Below, piece after piece: positions 62,198 through 64,000 of a DNA stretch of 64,000 bases (the stretch's first letter is position 1; the number at the start of each line of letters is the position of its first letter). The notes beneath the pieces were generated by a model. It was not told the DNA's origin, made no database searches, and saw only the letters and a program-made list of their open reading frames with translations. The position numbers and the translations under genes are program-made. The DNA comes from Mobula hypostoma (lineage: Eukaryota), in the NCBI RefSeq assembly GCF_963921235.1, contig NC_086106.1, forward strand, positions 24,428,001 through 24,492,000, read 5' to 3'.

Positions 62198-64000
62198 AGA
62201 CAGGCATATATAAAGTGAACAGACATTCTCGAGGTTTGAAATGTATGACACCAGAGTGCAAGCATAGAAGATGAGACGTGGAAGGCTCAAAAAGGATAGG
62301 AAAAGTAAGCAGTTTACTCAAAGAGCGGTGAATGTTTGGAATGCACTAGCTGGTATATGGGTAGACAGAAATACATTAGAGGCTTTTAAGAGACATTTGC
62401 ACAAGCAAATTTTTATAACGAAGATGGAGGTGGGATATAATCACGGTGTAGGTAAGAGGGATTAGTGTTCGTGTATCTTTGATTTGTTATTTACCTAGTT
62501 CGGCACAATATAATGGGCCAAATAGACATTATGTGCTGTACTGTTCGAGGTTCTATGTTAAATGATTCGTTATATCCCTCTGCTAGGAGATTTCTGAATA
62601 GACATTCAACTCATTAAAGCTACCCCATTACTTTTGAATTTCTATTTCTCGTGTTACCTCTTCAATATATAATATATAATTACTAAAATTTACTGTATTT
62701 TCTCTATTATTATGTATTGTGCACCTCTCATTATGTGTAAGCAAGATTAAGGAATAGATGTTGACTTCAGCAGTAAGGAAGCAGGGGTCTATGAGCCAGT
62801 ACTCATCGGAGGATTTAATGAGAGGAAAAGACGGTAACTTTAAATTTCTGCGTGTCTCTATCTCAGAGGACCTGTCTTGGACCTATCATATAATTAAAAT
62901 GGCAAAGATAACGATTCTATGTCCTTGGGAGTCTGCAGAGCGCAACGACTAGCTTACAACCCCTCTAACACCACGCTCTAGAAGAAAGGATGATAATTGC
63001 AATCATCTATTAAGATGTTTCCACAACGAATGACCTCCCGTTAGGTAACTTATTATCACGATCTTTCATCCTCTCGTTATTTATTGCTATTGATCTTTAT
63101 TTGACTCTGCACAGGTTGTTATCTATTCTGCTCTTGTTCTTTTATTGATGCTGCTTACAATTGTCATTCCATAGATTTGCTGAGGTTTCACGCAGCAAAA
63201 TAACCTCAGGGCTATATGTGGTACAGACAGAGTCCAACATATCTGTGCTCCGATAATAAATTTTACTTTGCAATTCTGATCCTTGTATTGCATTCTGCTG
63301 CCGCCGCATAGTTGACAACTTTGACAACATATTTCGTGATATTAAATATGATTCTGATCTTGTTTCTGAAAGGCATATCATATGAGGAATGTTTGATGGC
63401 ACTCGGCCTGTTCACAATATGAATTCAAAAAATATGAGTGTGGAGTGATCTGATTGAACCTAATCGAGCGTTAAACGGCTTCCAGAGAATGCGTGTGGAG
63501 AGGATGTTGCCTCTGGTTCGGGGGTGTAAGTTCAGAGGACAGAAACTCAGAATAGTGAAATATCCATTTTGAACGGAGAAGATGAGAATCTATTGAGCAA
63601 CGGAATTGAGAATCTGTGGAACCCGTTGCCATAGGCAGCTGTGGACGGCAGGTCATCGGGTATACTGAAGGGTGAGGGTGATAGATACAGGTCATGATGG
63701 CATATTAGGAAAGGACAGGAAATTTGGATTGTTGGAGAAATAGAACAGAAATAATGAAATAGCTGATTAGACTGAATGGCCCGAATGGCTTAAATCTGCT
63801 ACTAAGTATATAACGTATGCTTGTGCGATGGATTTTGAGGAACCATTTAATTTGCATGTCTCTGTCAGTCAGTGGGTGCCGTCCCGAATCTGGGGTTGGC
63901 TGCTGTGCGGCTCCATCTTTTCAGATCGTGCGACAAACACCGAATGCAGCCTCTCCTCCAGTTTGTTCTCGCTGGCCGCTTTGGCACCGCCTGCCGACAG

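Overview
Eukaryotic, repeat-rich genomic DNA containing part of an antigen-receptor V-segment array, most consistent with a T-cell receptor alpha/delta locus. The host is probably a cartilaginous fish (ray/shark), inferred from the CR1/Penelope repeat families and V sequences. I can read about 13 well-supported V segments plus about 5 faint remnants. The best-preserved show a 46-58 nt leader exon, a short phase-1 intron, a ~300 nt V exon and a 3' 23-bp-spacer RSS; many lack one or more of these parts. Almost all are on the minus strand and belong to one family (heptamer CACACTG-like, spacer TTGCAnGGAGATG...). Only one of these (46557-47030) is fully intact. A divergent TRDV/TRAV14-like V (19738-20217) lies in the opposite orientation and has a stop codon just before its RSS. 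Several Vs carry lesions at the RSS: two heptamer-removing micro-deletions, a CR1-tail insertion in a spacer, and a shared non-CAC heptamer. The rest is CR1 LINEs, Penelope-like elements with minimal hammerhead ribozyme motifs, internally deleted Gypsy and BEL/Pao elements, a solo LTR, L1 and Rex1-like fragments, microsatellites and two assembly gaps. One 125-aa ORF with a signal-peptide-like N-terminus (38746-39123, minus) is unexplained. No D, J or C segments were found. All calls are by eye, without database searches.
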